Shown here piece after piece: positions 1 through 12,550 of a stretch of DNA of 64,000 bases. This stretch comes from Octopus vulgaris. Its lineage: Eukaryota. The stretch's first letter is position 1. Each line of letters begins with the position of its first letter. Location of the stretch: assembly GCA_951406725.2 (NCBI GenBank), contig OX597830.1, positions 27,404,001 to 27,468,000 on the forward strand, given 5' to 3'. The notes under the pieces are model-generated. The model ran no database searches, was not told the origin of the DNA, and worked only from the letters and a program-made list of their open reading frames with translations. The position numbers were made by a program, and so were the translations under genes.

Positions 1-123
1 TGAGTGTATGTGTGAGTGTACGTGTCATTGATTTTGCATTTGTCCCTCATCAGCGCTTGACCGATCATGTTGGTTTGTGTACGTCTCCGTAGCTTTTTAT
101 CTTATCGGTAAAAGTGATCAATA

Positions 124-353
124 CTCTTTTACTTGTTTCAGTTATTTGACTGTGGCCATGCTGGAGTACCGCCTTTAGTCGAGCAAATGAGCCCAGGACT
201 TATTCGTTGTAAGCCTAGTACTTATTCTATCGGTCTGTTTTGCCGAACCGCTAAGTGACGGGAACATAAACAAAACAGCATCAGTTGTCAAGCGATGTTG
301 GGGGACAAATACAGACACACACACATACATACATACATGCATACATACATACA

Positions 354-418
<65 letters not shown>

Positions 419-814
419 CCAGAGAACAAACTGTACGCAGGCCGCTATATATATATAAAATACAAAATGGGACAAGAACGCAAGACATCCAGAAGACGAT
501 ACAAAAAACACGGACGGGTCATTCGAAGCCTTTAATCTTCAGTCAAGAACCGGATCATCCTCGCAATTTCGGCTGATTAATCTTGAGATTGCTCCAATCT
601 GGCCAGCCCCAAGGAAAAACTAAGCTAAGAGCATTAGATTCCTTGGAAAAAGGATATATATATATACGACGAGCTTCTTTCAGTTTCCGTCTACCAAATC
701 CACTCACAAGGCTTTGGTCGGCCCGAGGCTATAGTAGTAGACACTTGCCCAAGGTGCCACGCAGTGGGACCGCACCCGGAACCATGTAGTTCGTAAGCAA
801 GCTACTTACCACAC
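124..814 (-). mobile_element. tRNA-derived SINE, family B (internal (TA)n/(TG)n tract), interrupted by a nested insertion at ~417-655
   Basis: The reverse complement matches the intact copy at 55409-55860: head gtggtaagtagc...ccgggtgcggtcccactgcgtggcaccttgggcaagtgtct, internal TA tract, and 3' end ggcggtactccagcatggccacagtcaaa...gaaacaagtaaaagag. Confidence 0.85.
458..654. mobile_element. Short non-coding repeat inserted in a (TA)n tract (copy 1 of 2)
   Basis: Shares aatacaaaatgggacaagaac...gacgatacaaa...ggacgggtcattcgaagcc...tcagtcaa...cgcaatttcggctgatta with 5623-5790. Flanked by (TA)n on both sides. Confidence 0.7.
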
Positions 815-1067
815 CGGAATTGAAAATAAGTATTGAAATCAATATGCTTTGCTAAAACTGTTCAAGGCAGTACTCCAGCATGGTCGCAGTCCAATATCTG
901 AAACAAGTAAGAAAAAAATAGACGTTAAAATATAATCCAGCTATCCCGGATAAAAAGAGAATAAGAAGAAAGACTTCACGCATGAAACCTGCAGCATGTC
1001 TGAGAGATATATAGAAATCTTGAATGCGATTCGCTAAATTTGCTAAACGAAGTTCTGATTGGGAATT

Positions 1068-1396
1068 CTTCTTAAAGACTCCGCCGGTTACGACGACGAG
1101 GGTCCCAGCTGATACGATCAACGGAACAGCTTGCTCGTGAAATTAACGTGTAAGTGGCTGAGTACTCCACAGACACGTGTACCCTTAACGTAGTTCTCGG
1201 GGATAATCAGCGTGACACAGAGAGTGACAAGGCTGACCCTTTGAAATACAAGTACAACTCATTTTTGCCAGCTGAGTGGACTGGAGCAACGTGAAATAAA
1301 GTGTCTTGCTCAAGGACACAACGCGTCGCCGGGAATCGAACTCACAACCTTACTATCATGAGCCGAATGCCCTAACCACTAAGCCACGCGCCCTCA
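1068..1396 (-). mobile_element. tRNA-derived SINE, family C
   Basis: Minus strand begins gagggcgcgtggcttagtggttag (A box)...gagttcgattccc (B box), followed by a gtgtccttgagcaagacact core. 13-bp TSD ctgattgggaatt at 1055-1067 and 1397-1409. Confidence 0.9.
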
Positions 1397-1656
1397 CTGA
1401 TTGGGAATTAGAACGAGCGGAATCGGGAAGTGAAATTCATTTGATAAGCTCTTATCAACGTAACTAGAGAATGGTCAGGTTTACACATTCCATCGATGAC
1501 AGCGAAGGAATGAAAGAGTTTCATTACACATTCTATCAAGGCGGGACAGCACATGATTGGAAAAAATATATGTATTTCCGTGTACGTGTCTCTATTTTTC
1601 ACTCTCCTCTTTGCCTGTGTATCAAAGCCACTCTAAATTCCTCAATAAATCACTGC

Positions 1657-2085
<429 letters not shown>

Positions 2086-2221
2086 GTTCTTTGCTTCTTT
2101 GATTCTTTCTTATTTTCTTTCTTTCTTTCTTTCTGCATATATCCATCTCCCTCCTTATCCCCCCCTTTCCAATCATTCATTCACTTATCTGTTTATCTAT
2201 AAGTATACATCTATGTTCATG

Positions 2222-2314
<93 letters not shown>

Positions 2315-2769
2315 ATCATGCAAATAAAATGCGTTTTGCCTTGTTCACACACACACACACACAACACATACGCTACGAGCGCGCACAACCACATACATAC
2401 TCATTGCAAGCGTTATTCAAGGTCAATCGGTTTAAATACAACTGGTCATGATTTGCATGCAAACCCCCATGCGAATCAATGACGGATGCTTGTAAGTAAA
2501 TCTTGTCATAGTGTTTGTGCTTCACCTCCAGTCAGTCGTCAACTACAAGCGAGCTAACTAATTTCGTAGCAGCCACATTCATACACTTTTACAGAAGATT
2601 GATTTTCGCGAAGAAAGCTCCTCCGTTCGGAAGAGAGAGCCGTGCTGACATGACGCATTCCCTACAGACGAATATGACCAGCAGTGACACTCGCATTATT
2701 TAGTTAACAGAAGATTCTGTTCGACATACTGATCCCTATTTTCTCATACTGCTTTCTTTTATAGGGATC

Positions 2770-2859
<90 letters not shown>

Positions 2860-3016
2860 TAACATACAGAGTAGGGGAAGCGGCCTGTTTTATTTATTTT
2901 ACATACTTCCCTTAGAAAACGAAAGTAAAATGAATGTACATGCTCGCACGTGCAGATGTGTGCATGCCTTTATGTATATGTTCGTACGTATATAAATACA
3001 TACGTATGTGTGTATG

Positions 3017-3065
<49 letters not shown>

Positions 3066-3279
3066 CATAAGTGCATACGTGCATACGTGCACACACATGC
3101 TCACCCTCACACAGAAAAAAGCATACATATGCACGTATATATATATGTATTCGAATGCGTACGTGTGCATGTAGTTATATGCATGTATTATATTTTTTCC
3201 TCAGTTATATATATATATATATATATATATATTTTTTTCTAGTTTCAGCTCAGAGCTGCGGCCATGCTGATGCACCGCC

Positions 3280-3321
<42 letters not shown>

Positions 3322-3493
3322 CAAGATTTGATTGAATGTTAGTAGATATCTTTTTATCACTACTTTAATACTCGTTACGTTAAATATGTGAACACTTAAT
3401 TTATATTCAACTATTAATATTCGTTGCGAAACTTTCGTACTTATCAAAAAAATTCTGGAAAAATCTTCTGAAATGCCTATATACATACATACA

Positions 3494-3524
<31 letters not shown>

Positions 3525-3621
3525 GACGAGTGTGTATGTGTATGTGCATTTTTGTGTGTCTATGTGTGTGTATATGTATGTATGTATATGTATATGCATG
3601 TATATATGTATATGTATATAT

Positions 3622-3837
3622 ATTTCACTACTGCCCACAAGGAGCTAAACACAGAGGGGACAAACGGATTATGTCGATTATATCGACCCAAGGGCGTAAC
3701 TGGTACTTAATTTATCGACCCCGAAAGGATGAAAGGCAAAGTCGTCCTCGGCGGAATTTGAACTCAGAACGTAACGACAGACGAAATACGGCTACGCATT
3801 TCGCCCGGTGTGCTAACGAGTCTGCCAGCTCGCCGCC
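3622..3837 (-). mobile_element. tRNA-derived SINE, family A (monomer)
   Basis: Minus strand reads ggcggcgagctggcagactcgttagc...gagttcaaattccgccgagg...tttgcctttcatcctttcggggtcgataaattaagtacc, the same family as 49869-50098. Confidence 0.9.
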
Positions 3838-4044
3838 TTTCTCATGTATATGTATATATGTGTGTGTATGCATGAATATATACATGTATATATATGTATA
3901 TATATATGTATATGTATGCATATGTATATGTTTATATCTATATGTAAATATGTATGGGTCATGTGTATCTGTATGTTTATATATACATACATAAACATAC
4001 ATATATATATATATATGTATGTTTATATATGTGCATATATATAT

Positions 4045-4123
<79 letters not shown>

Positions 4124-4761
4124 TATGTGTGTGTGTAAGAGTGTGTGAAGTAGAAATGAAAATAAATGGGTATAATTCTGAGATCCTGATTTATACATAA
4201 TGCACAACTTTTATTTTCGGTTAACTAGGAACAGTCAAGAGACTACATACCGACCAAGTAACCAACCAAGGAAACTAACGAACTCCGATGTAGAAATTAA
4301 TAGAAAAATAAATAAATAACTGAACGAAAGTCTTATTTTTTTTTCGTTTTTTTTTGTTTTTGTTTTTGAAGTGTTTTATGGCACAACGTCAATGAGTTTT
4401 AAGTCTAAGGCGGTAGGGAGGTGACAGGTGTTAGGTGGTGGTGAGAGAGAAAGAGAGGAAGAAAGAGAGGGATTGGCAGTGGGGTGAGGGTTGGGGGCGC
4501 GAGCGAGCAAACGAGAGAGAGAGAGAGAGTGAGAGAGAGAGAGAGAGAGAAAGAGGGAGGGAGAGAGGTGACGTCATGCCAAGGGAACTCGTCAGTGTTG
4601 GAGATGAAGATTATCATAAAATAACTGACCGAACTCTCAAGCGCCGAGAATGGAAGTTCATTATGAAAGCAATTTGTTGACGGAAAATTTATCATCAAAC
4701 ACTATAACCATTTTCACACACACGCACACACACACACAGAAGCACACACACACACACAGAG

Positions 4762-4798
<37 letters not shown>

Positions 4799-5523
4799 CA
4801 CACACACACACACATATATACACACACAAACATGCACTCACACACGTCAACAGAACACAGCCCACTGCAATGATAACAACGATGAGACCATCACTTCCAA
4901 CATCACCACCTTACCATCCCACATGTGCTACCACTGTCACCAGAATCAACACTACCACCACCACCACCACCACCACCACCACCACCACCAGCACCACCAG
5001 CACCACCAGCACCACCACCAGCACCACCAGCACCACCATCACCACCACTGCAACAACAGCCACTAATACTATTAACTAATACTGCCACCCAATAAAAATA
5101 CATTAATTGGAATATGCAGAAAAGTACAGATTCACACACACACATACATTAAAACATACACACACATAAAACATACACGCAAAACACATATACTTACAAA
5201 TATGCATATACACACCATAAGAGAGAGATTCACACACACACATACTTACAAAAGGTTATACATGCCAATATTCATATGCACAAATATACATAGTGACACA
5301 CAAGCATACACACACATAATCACACACACGGATTCAGGAATCCGCAGACCGCATTCCTTATATAGTGTCACATATATATTATAAGCTATTACGTACATAT
5401 GCGCAATCTCATATATAGTCGCCTGTATACACACGTAAACAGCAGTATACAGACCTGAATGTATACACTCGAACATATAGGTACATACATACATGCGTAC
5501 TTACTTAACGTATACGTATAAAC

Positions 5524-5561
<38 letters not shown>

Positions 5562-5622
5562 GTGTGTGCGTGTATGCACATAAATGCATATATCTGTGGA
5601 TGCATATATATATAAATATATA

Positions 5623-5790
5623 TAATACAAAATGGGACAAGAACTCAAAGCATCCGGACAACTAGGTGATACAAAAAGGGGACAACAAAGCATCCAGATA
5701 GACGATACAAAGAAAACACAAGGACGGGTCATTCGAAGCCCTCTATCCTCAGTCAACCACCAGATAATCGTCGCAATTTCGGCTGATTAG
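5623..5790. mobile_element. Short non-coding repeat next to (TA)n (copy 2 of the 458-654 family)
   Basis: Sequence similarity to 458-580, with an extra internal sub-repeat (aaagcatcc-gaca/gata unit present twice). Confidence 0.7.
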
Positions 5791-6112
5791 ACATACAGAA
5801 TTAGGAAGGTAGTAGATTATATACATGTCTATAGTACTAAGACTTTGATAAAATAAATCCAGATAAATAGACAAGTTTCGATAATATTTATATTGCTACT
5901 AAAACAGAAAGGAATGAAATTTTCATAAATTTTCTTTTTCGCACACAGTACCACGTTTTCCCCTCCCTTTCTAACTTCCAATTGTTAGAAACGATATCCT
6001 ACTGAACCCTAAATCCTTTTCCCCTTTCTCTATTTTTTTTTGCCATATGCTTTTTTCATTGTTTTTATTTTTCCTACACCTTTTCTCGTTCTTTTATTTT
6101 TCTTTTATATCT

Positions 6113-6148
6113 TTTTTTGATGAAGGACTAACATCCGAAAGGTTAAAA
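6113..6148 (+). ncRNA. Degenerate minimal type I hammerhead ribozyme (Penelope-type)
   Basis: tttt-TTGATGA-a-GGA ctaaca TCC-GAAA-gg-TT-aaaa. Core and stem II are intact apart from C3U and a broken stem III palindrome. The downstream flank resembles that of the 37307 motif. Confidence 0.5.
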
Positions 6149-6526
6149 CGTTTTCTCTTCTTTTTAAGAGTTAACTAATAGAACATTTGTTAAAACTCCT
6201 CCATCCTGTTGTTGCCTTCTTTTTGTGTTCATTACATAATAAATGAATGTGAGCGTGTGCATGTATGTATGTACACGTGTGTGTGTGTGTGCAACAATTG
6301 CTCCATGTCTCCCCATTTCTATATGATTTAATCTCAGATTAGCCTACATTTTGTTTTGATAAGGGCTTTTAGAAACGAAACACCATAATATAAATGAAAC
6401 GACTTTGTTTTGCTTTAAATTTCATAACTTCAATTCTAACTCTCACTGTAAAGCTTTGTAAATCATTTTAACATCGTTCCACCATGCTCCGTGTAAAGTA
6501 CATTAATGACGTGTATATATATATAA

Positions 6527-6925
6527 CTAGCAGTATCGCCCGGCGTTGCTCGGGTTTGTAAGGGAAATAACTATATAAGCATTTTTAGAGATGTAAAGTA
6601 TAATAGCCATCTCAATATGGCTAATCACAATGGGGGGGGGGGGGTTACTGTAGCTTTTTACTTTCTGAGATTTAATAATACATTTTTAGAGAGTTACTTC
6701 CCTTATATATGCCAAAAATGCATTAACAATGGGAAAAATTGATGGTAATTTTTTTTTAAATCGTAGACTCATCGTAGACGCGCGCTATTACCCAGAAGGG
6801 CTTGATATGAATCACGACTATAAGATACCCGGTTTTGGTTAAACTGCACCGCAAAATGTGGGAGTTGTTAGGAATCTAAATCGTAGGAGACCGACAGCAC
6901 ACAACCTCACTTTTATATATTAAGA
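6527..6925 (-). mobile_element. Non-autonomous Helitron (copy 1)
   Basis: Minus strand: A|TC ttaatatataaaagtgagg... subterminal hairpin cccgagcaacgccggg ...CTAG|T. These are canonical Helitron termini in an AT target. Confidence 0.85.
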
Positions 6926-7220
6926 TATCTGTATGTATGCGTGCGCGCGTGTGTGTATGTATGAATTCACAGACTCTTTTATTATCAAATTACATACATA
7001 CTCGCAAGCCAACACAAACACTAAATACCAACACTGTCATAGTTGTCGTCGTTGTCATTATCATCATCATCATCATCATCATCATCACCTTTCATCGATG
7101 TAAGGGGTCGATAAATTAAGTACCAGTGAAACATTGGGGGTCGATATAATCGATTACTCCCCTCCATCAAAATTTCAGGTCTTATACCTTTAGTAGAAAG
7201 GATTATTATTATCAACATTA

Positions 7221-7435
7221 AGGCGGCGGGATGGCAGAATCGTTAGAAATGCCGGGCTTTAACAATATTTTGTTTGTCTTCACGCTCTGAGTTCAAATTC
7301 CGACGAGGTGGACTTTGCCATTCATCCTTTCGGGGTCGTCGATAAATTAAGAACCAGTAATGTATTGGGGCCGATGTAATTGACTTAATCCCTTCCCTCA
7401 AATCTGAGGCCTTGTGCTTCCAGTAGAAAGGATAA
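7221..7435 (+). mobile_element. SINE family A, degenerate (a partial copy also lies at ~7085-7205)
   Basis: ggcggcgggatggcagaatcgttag...gagttcaaattcc...tttgccattcatcctttcggggtc. Confidence 0.8.
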
Positions 7436-7483
7436 TAATAACAATAATAATAATAATTATTATTAATATTATTATTGTTTTTG

Positions 7484-7572
<89 letters not shown>

Positions 7573-7661
7573 TTTATTACCAACAGAGATATTACTGACA
7601 ACTGCGACGATCGCGATCAGTAATATCAACACATAATGAGGATATTTCTCTACGTATAATA

Positions 7662-8058
7662 TTTATATATAAAAGTGAGGTTGTGTGCTGTCTGTCTCCT
7701 ACGATTTAGATTCCTAACTACTCCCACATTTTGCGGTGCAGCTTAACCAAAACCGGGTATCTTATAGTCGTGATTCATATCGAGCCCTTCTGGGTATTAG
7801 CGCGCGTCTACGATGAGTCTACGATTTTAAAAATAATTTACCATCAATTTGTCCCATTTTTAATGCATTTTTGGCATATATAAGGGAAGTAACTCTCTAA
7901 AAATTTTATTATTAAATCTCAGAACGTAAAAAGCTACAGTAACACACCCCCCCTTTGTGGTTAGCCACATTGAGATGGCTATTATACATTACATCTCTAA
8001 AAATGCTTATATAGTTATTTCCCTTACAAACCCGAGCAACGCCGGGCGATACTGCTAG
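7662..8058 (+). mobile_element. Non-autonomous Helitron (copy 2, inverted relative to copy 1)
   Basis: Near-identical reverse complement of 6527-6925. Ends cccgagcaacgccgggcgatactgCTAG|T; the 5' TC is altered to TT. Confidence 0.85.
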
Positions 8059-8241
8059 TTCTCTATAATTTTTTACGTATGTTTCTTGCGCTTCTCTGCC
8101 TTTTCTTTTTGCATTTTACTGTCTCCTTCGTAACTTATAAAAATTGTGGAAGGATGTATGAAAGTGCTGGTATTTTTACCTTTACGTAGTCGAGATGGTT
8201 GTGATGGATGGTAATATCTGAGGTTCTCTCGTGCTGCTGGT

Positions 8242-8360
<119 letters not shown>

Positions 8361-8579
8361 CCGTTCTTTTCTGTATGCTTCTTTAACTTTGTTGCTACAG
8401 AGCTTCTTTTGTATATGAAGCTTCATAATGTCGGAGTCGCTGTGTTTGGTAAAAGATGGAAGGATGCGTATGTCATGTCAGCTATATATCAGGCTGTATA
8501 TATGTTTTGAGATGTTTTGAAAGATTGAAAAGCATGGAGAAGACGGATCGTAAGAAACTGCGATCAAATCTGCTGTAAA

Positions 8580-9400
8580 TATTGGTTTCAAATTTTGGCA
8601 CATGACCATCAATTTCGAGGGAGGGGTTTATCAGTTATATCGATCCCAGCGTTCAACTGGTACTTATTTTTTTTTTAAGGCCAAAAAGATGAAAGATAAA
8701 GTCGACCTCGGTGGAGTTTGAACTCAGTACGTGAAGACAGATGAAATGTAGCTAAGTACTTTGCCAGGAACATTAATGATTCTCCCAGCTCGCTGCCTAA
8801 ATCTGCTTCAACTATTATGCTCAAAGAGGTGGCAAGCTGGCAGAAACGTTAGCACGCCGGGCGAAATGCTTAGCGGTATTTCATCTGTCGCTATGTTCTG
8901 AGTTCCAATTTCGCCGAGGTCGACTTTGTCTTTCATCCTCCTTTCGGGATCGAATAAATAAGTACCAGTTACGCACTGGGGTCGATGTAATCGACTTAAT
9001 CCGTTTGTCTGTCCATGTTTGCCCCTTCTGTGTTTAGCCCCTTCTGGGTAGTAAAGAAATAGGTATCTCATCTGTCTCTACGTTTTGAGTTCAAATTCCG
9101 CCGAGGTCGACTTTGCCTTTTATCCTTTCGGTGTCGATTAAATAAGTGCCAGTTACGCACAAGGGTCGATGTAATCAACTTCACTCCTTTCTCCAAAATT
9201 TCAGGCCTTATGCTTTTAGTGGAAAAGAATCGTTAGCACGCCAGGAAAATGCTTAGCGACATTTCGTCCGTCCTTATGTTCAGCGTTCCGACTATGCCTT
9301 TCATCCTTTCGGGATCGATGAAATAAGCATCAATCAAGTACTGTGGTCGATGTAATCAACTTACCGAACTCCATCGAACTTGCTGCCAAAATTTGAAACC
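8580..9400. mobile_element. Cluster of SINE family A copies (minus ~8580-8797; plus dimer ~8828-9229; plus partial ~9229-9400)
   Basis: Repeated gagttc(a/c)aattc/gccgaggtcgactttgcctttcatcctttcgg motifs in both orientations. Confidence 0.85.
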
Positions 9401-9419
9401 AGTATTAAGATCACGTTCT

Positions 9420-10670
9420 TCAAAGGTGATTATTTCTGTCTTGCTGTTATTGAGATTGTAGTCATTTCGGCTTGGTGTTATAGTAGTGGTGGTCATTTAA
9501 TTTGGCTATTTTGGTTTTATAGTATTATGGCAATTATCTAGCTCGGAGGTGTAGAGACATGTATTTAGTTTGGCGCGAACTTAGTTTTCTGATGTAGTAT
9601 TACGTATTTGGTTCGGTGGCATGATGGTGGTCACTTTTCCTTGGTGGTACTGATTGTATTTATTTGGTGATGTGGTGTTTATTTGGTTAGATGATGTGTT
9701 AGTGGTCATCGAATTTGTTGGTCTGGCGTTGAGCTGGCAGCCATTTGACTTGCTGGAGTGGCAGTGATATATATTAAGGTTCACGGGGTTGCGTATTTTT
9801 GATTTGGTGTGTTGCGGCTCCTTGGTTTGGGGATGCGGGAATTGTTTGGTTTGGCGGTGTGATTGTATGTATTTAATTTTGTTGATGATGTGGCGTTTAT
9901 TTTTGTCTGGTGGTGTGATGGTGTATATATCTTGTTAGGCGTTGTGTGTGTGGGGTGGTGCTTATATTCATTTTGGCGGCGCGGTGATGCCTAGTTTTGA
10001 TGTGGGGGTGGTGGTGATTATTTGGTTTGCATGAGAGACGGAGGTCATATTAGTTTACTGTTAGGGTGTAATGGAGGTTATTTCGTTTGTTGTTCGGCGG
10101 TGATGTGATGACTGTCTTGTAGTGTTGCAGTGATTGACTATGATGGTAAATATTTGTGTAGGTGGCGTTAGTGGTAGCGATGAAAGTGGCGGTGACGGTG
10201 ACGGTGGCGGTGGAGACAGCAGTAGCGTTGGAAATGGAGCTGGTGGTGGCGGTTGCAAAGCTTGTCTGGTGGTGATGGTTATTTTTATTTCGCTGTTAGT
10301 GATAGTGGTAATTATTTAGGTTTGGCGGTGATGATGGCATGGGGGAGCTGATAGCTATTTGTATTTGGGAGTCCGCTGTTGTTTATTTGATTTGGTGTCA
10401 GGATGTGATGGCGATCTTAGTTCGGTATTATGGCGATGGTATTTATTTAAATTCAGTGGTGCAGTGGTAGTAATTATTTTGATTTTTGAGGTGTGATGTA
10501 GTCATTTATTTATTTATTTTTCGTGGTGGTGTGGCGGTGGTCAGTGGTGCTAGCTATTTTGATTTGATAGTGTTCCTGATGATGTGTTAGTGTGTTTGTG
10601 TGTGGAGGTGTAGTGGTAGTAGTAGTTATTTTGGTCTCGTGGTGCTGGTGTTGATGGTTATTTTAATCAG
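9420..10670. repeat. Highly degenerate GT-rich minisatellite-like tract
   Basis: A tattt(a/g)(g/a)tttgg(t/c)ggtgtgatgg(t)-like motif recurs every few tens of bases, with strong G/T strand bias. Confidence 0.55.
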
Positions 10671-11147
10671 GGCAGATGAGGAAAATCTCATTATGAAGAA
10701 AACTGTCATCCATGTTCGACGGTAATTCGGCATATTATTTTCTGAAACTACAAAACATTGAACAAAATACAGAGATAACACGCAAAAAAAAAGCAAGAAC
10801 AAAGGAAAAAATATGAATTAAATAAAAATCAACGTACAAGCAATTATAAAACAAAAAATGCTTCCACCCACCCTTTCACACCAAAAATAAAACAAAAACA
10901 AAGCAATAAAGAAAAACAATAATTAACTTTTTTTTCCATTTTTTTCAAAGCATACTACCTTCTACTGACCAATTTCTCAACATGGAGGCATTTCCGGTGA
11001 AACAACCATTATTTTTTGAGCGCCAAATGTTTCGGATTATTGACACTGCAGGAAGTCATTGGCATCTGTTCATCAATTGATTAGAATCGTTCCAGAATTA
11101 ACGGAATTAATTAATAATTATTATTATTGTTCTTGTCATCGTTATTC

Positions 11148-11214
<67 letters not shown>

Positions 11215-11712
11215 TAATAATGATAATAATAATAATAATAATGAAAATAATTATAATATTGATAAAATAACATCAACATCATCAACAGCAATAATAATTT
11301 CATTATTATTGTTATTTTTATTGCTGTTATTAATCTTATTATCTATGTTATTGCTGCTTTCATTTATATTATTATAAACACCATCACGAACTTAATTAGT
11401 ATTAGCATTGTTATTATTGTTGTTATTGGTATCTTTATCCTCTTCCTCCTCCTCCTCCTCATCATCATCATCGTCGTCGTCGTCAACATTCCTGTTATCC
11501 TGATTGTTATTTGTACCTCACGCCCGAGTTTTTATAATCCCGTACCGTAACCAATTCAGTTTTAGGAATTTGCTTTCGTAACATCCCTTCGTGCGTCGCC
11601 CTGGTGGCAAATAAAGAAATTGTTTCCATAATCATTATCATGCATAATTATTATGATATCACAGCTGTTCTCATTAATGGCATAATAACAACAACAGCAA
11701 TAATAATAATAA

Positions 11713-12285
<573 letters not shown>

Positions 12286-12389
12286 AACAACGACAACAAT
12301 TTCAAATTGCCACCCCTACCCTACATCGGCCCGTGTAATCTCTGAGTCTGTTAATATAACAATGACAAATAAATACAATAATATTAGTG

Positions 12390-12426
<37 letters not shown>

Positions 12427-12458
12427 TAATAATTATAATAGTAATAATAATGATGATG

Positions 12459-12534
<76 letters not shown>

Positions 12535-12550
12535 TAATAATAATAATAAT

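Noticed and set aside
458-600. Possible type II hammerhead on the minus strand (cagccGAAA...CTGAAGA)
   Set aside because: Core words occur in both copies, but I could not form stems I, II and III in the required register.
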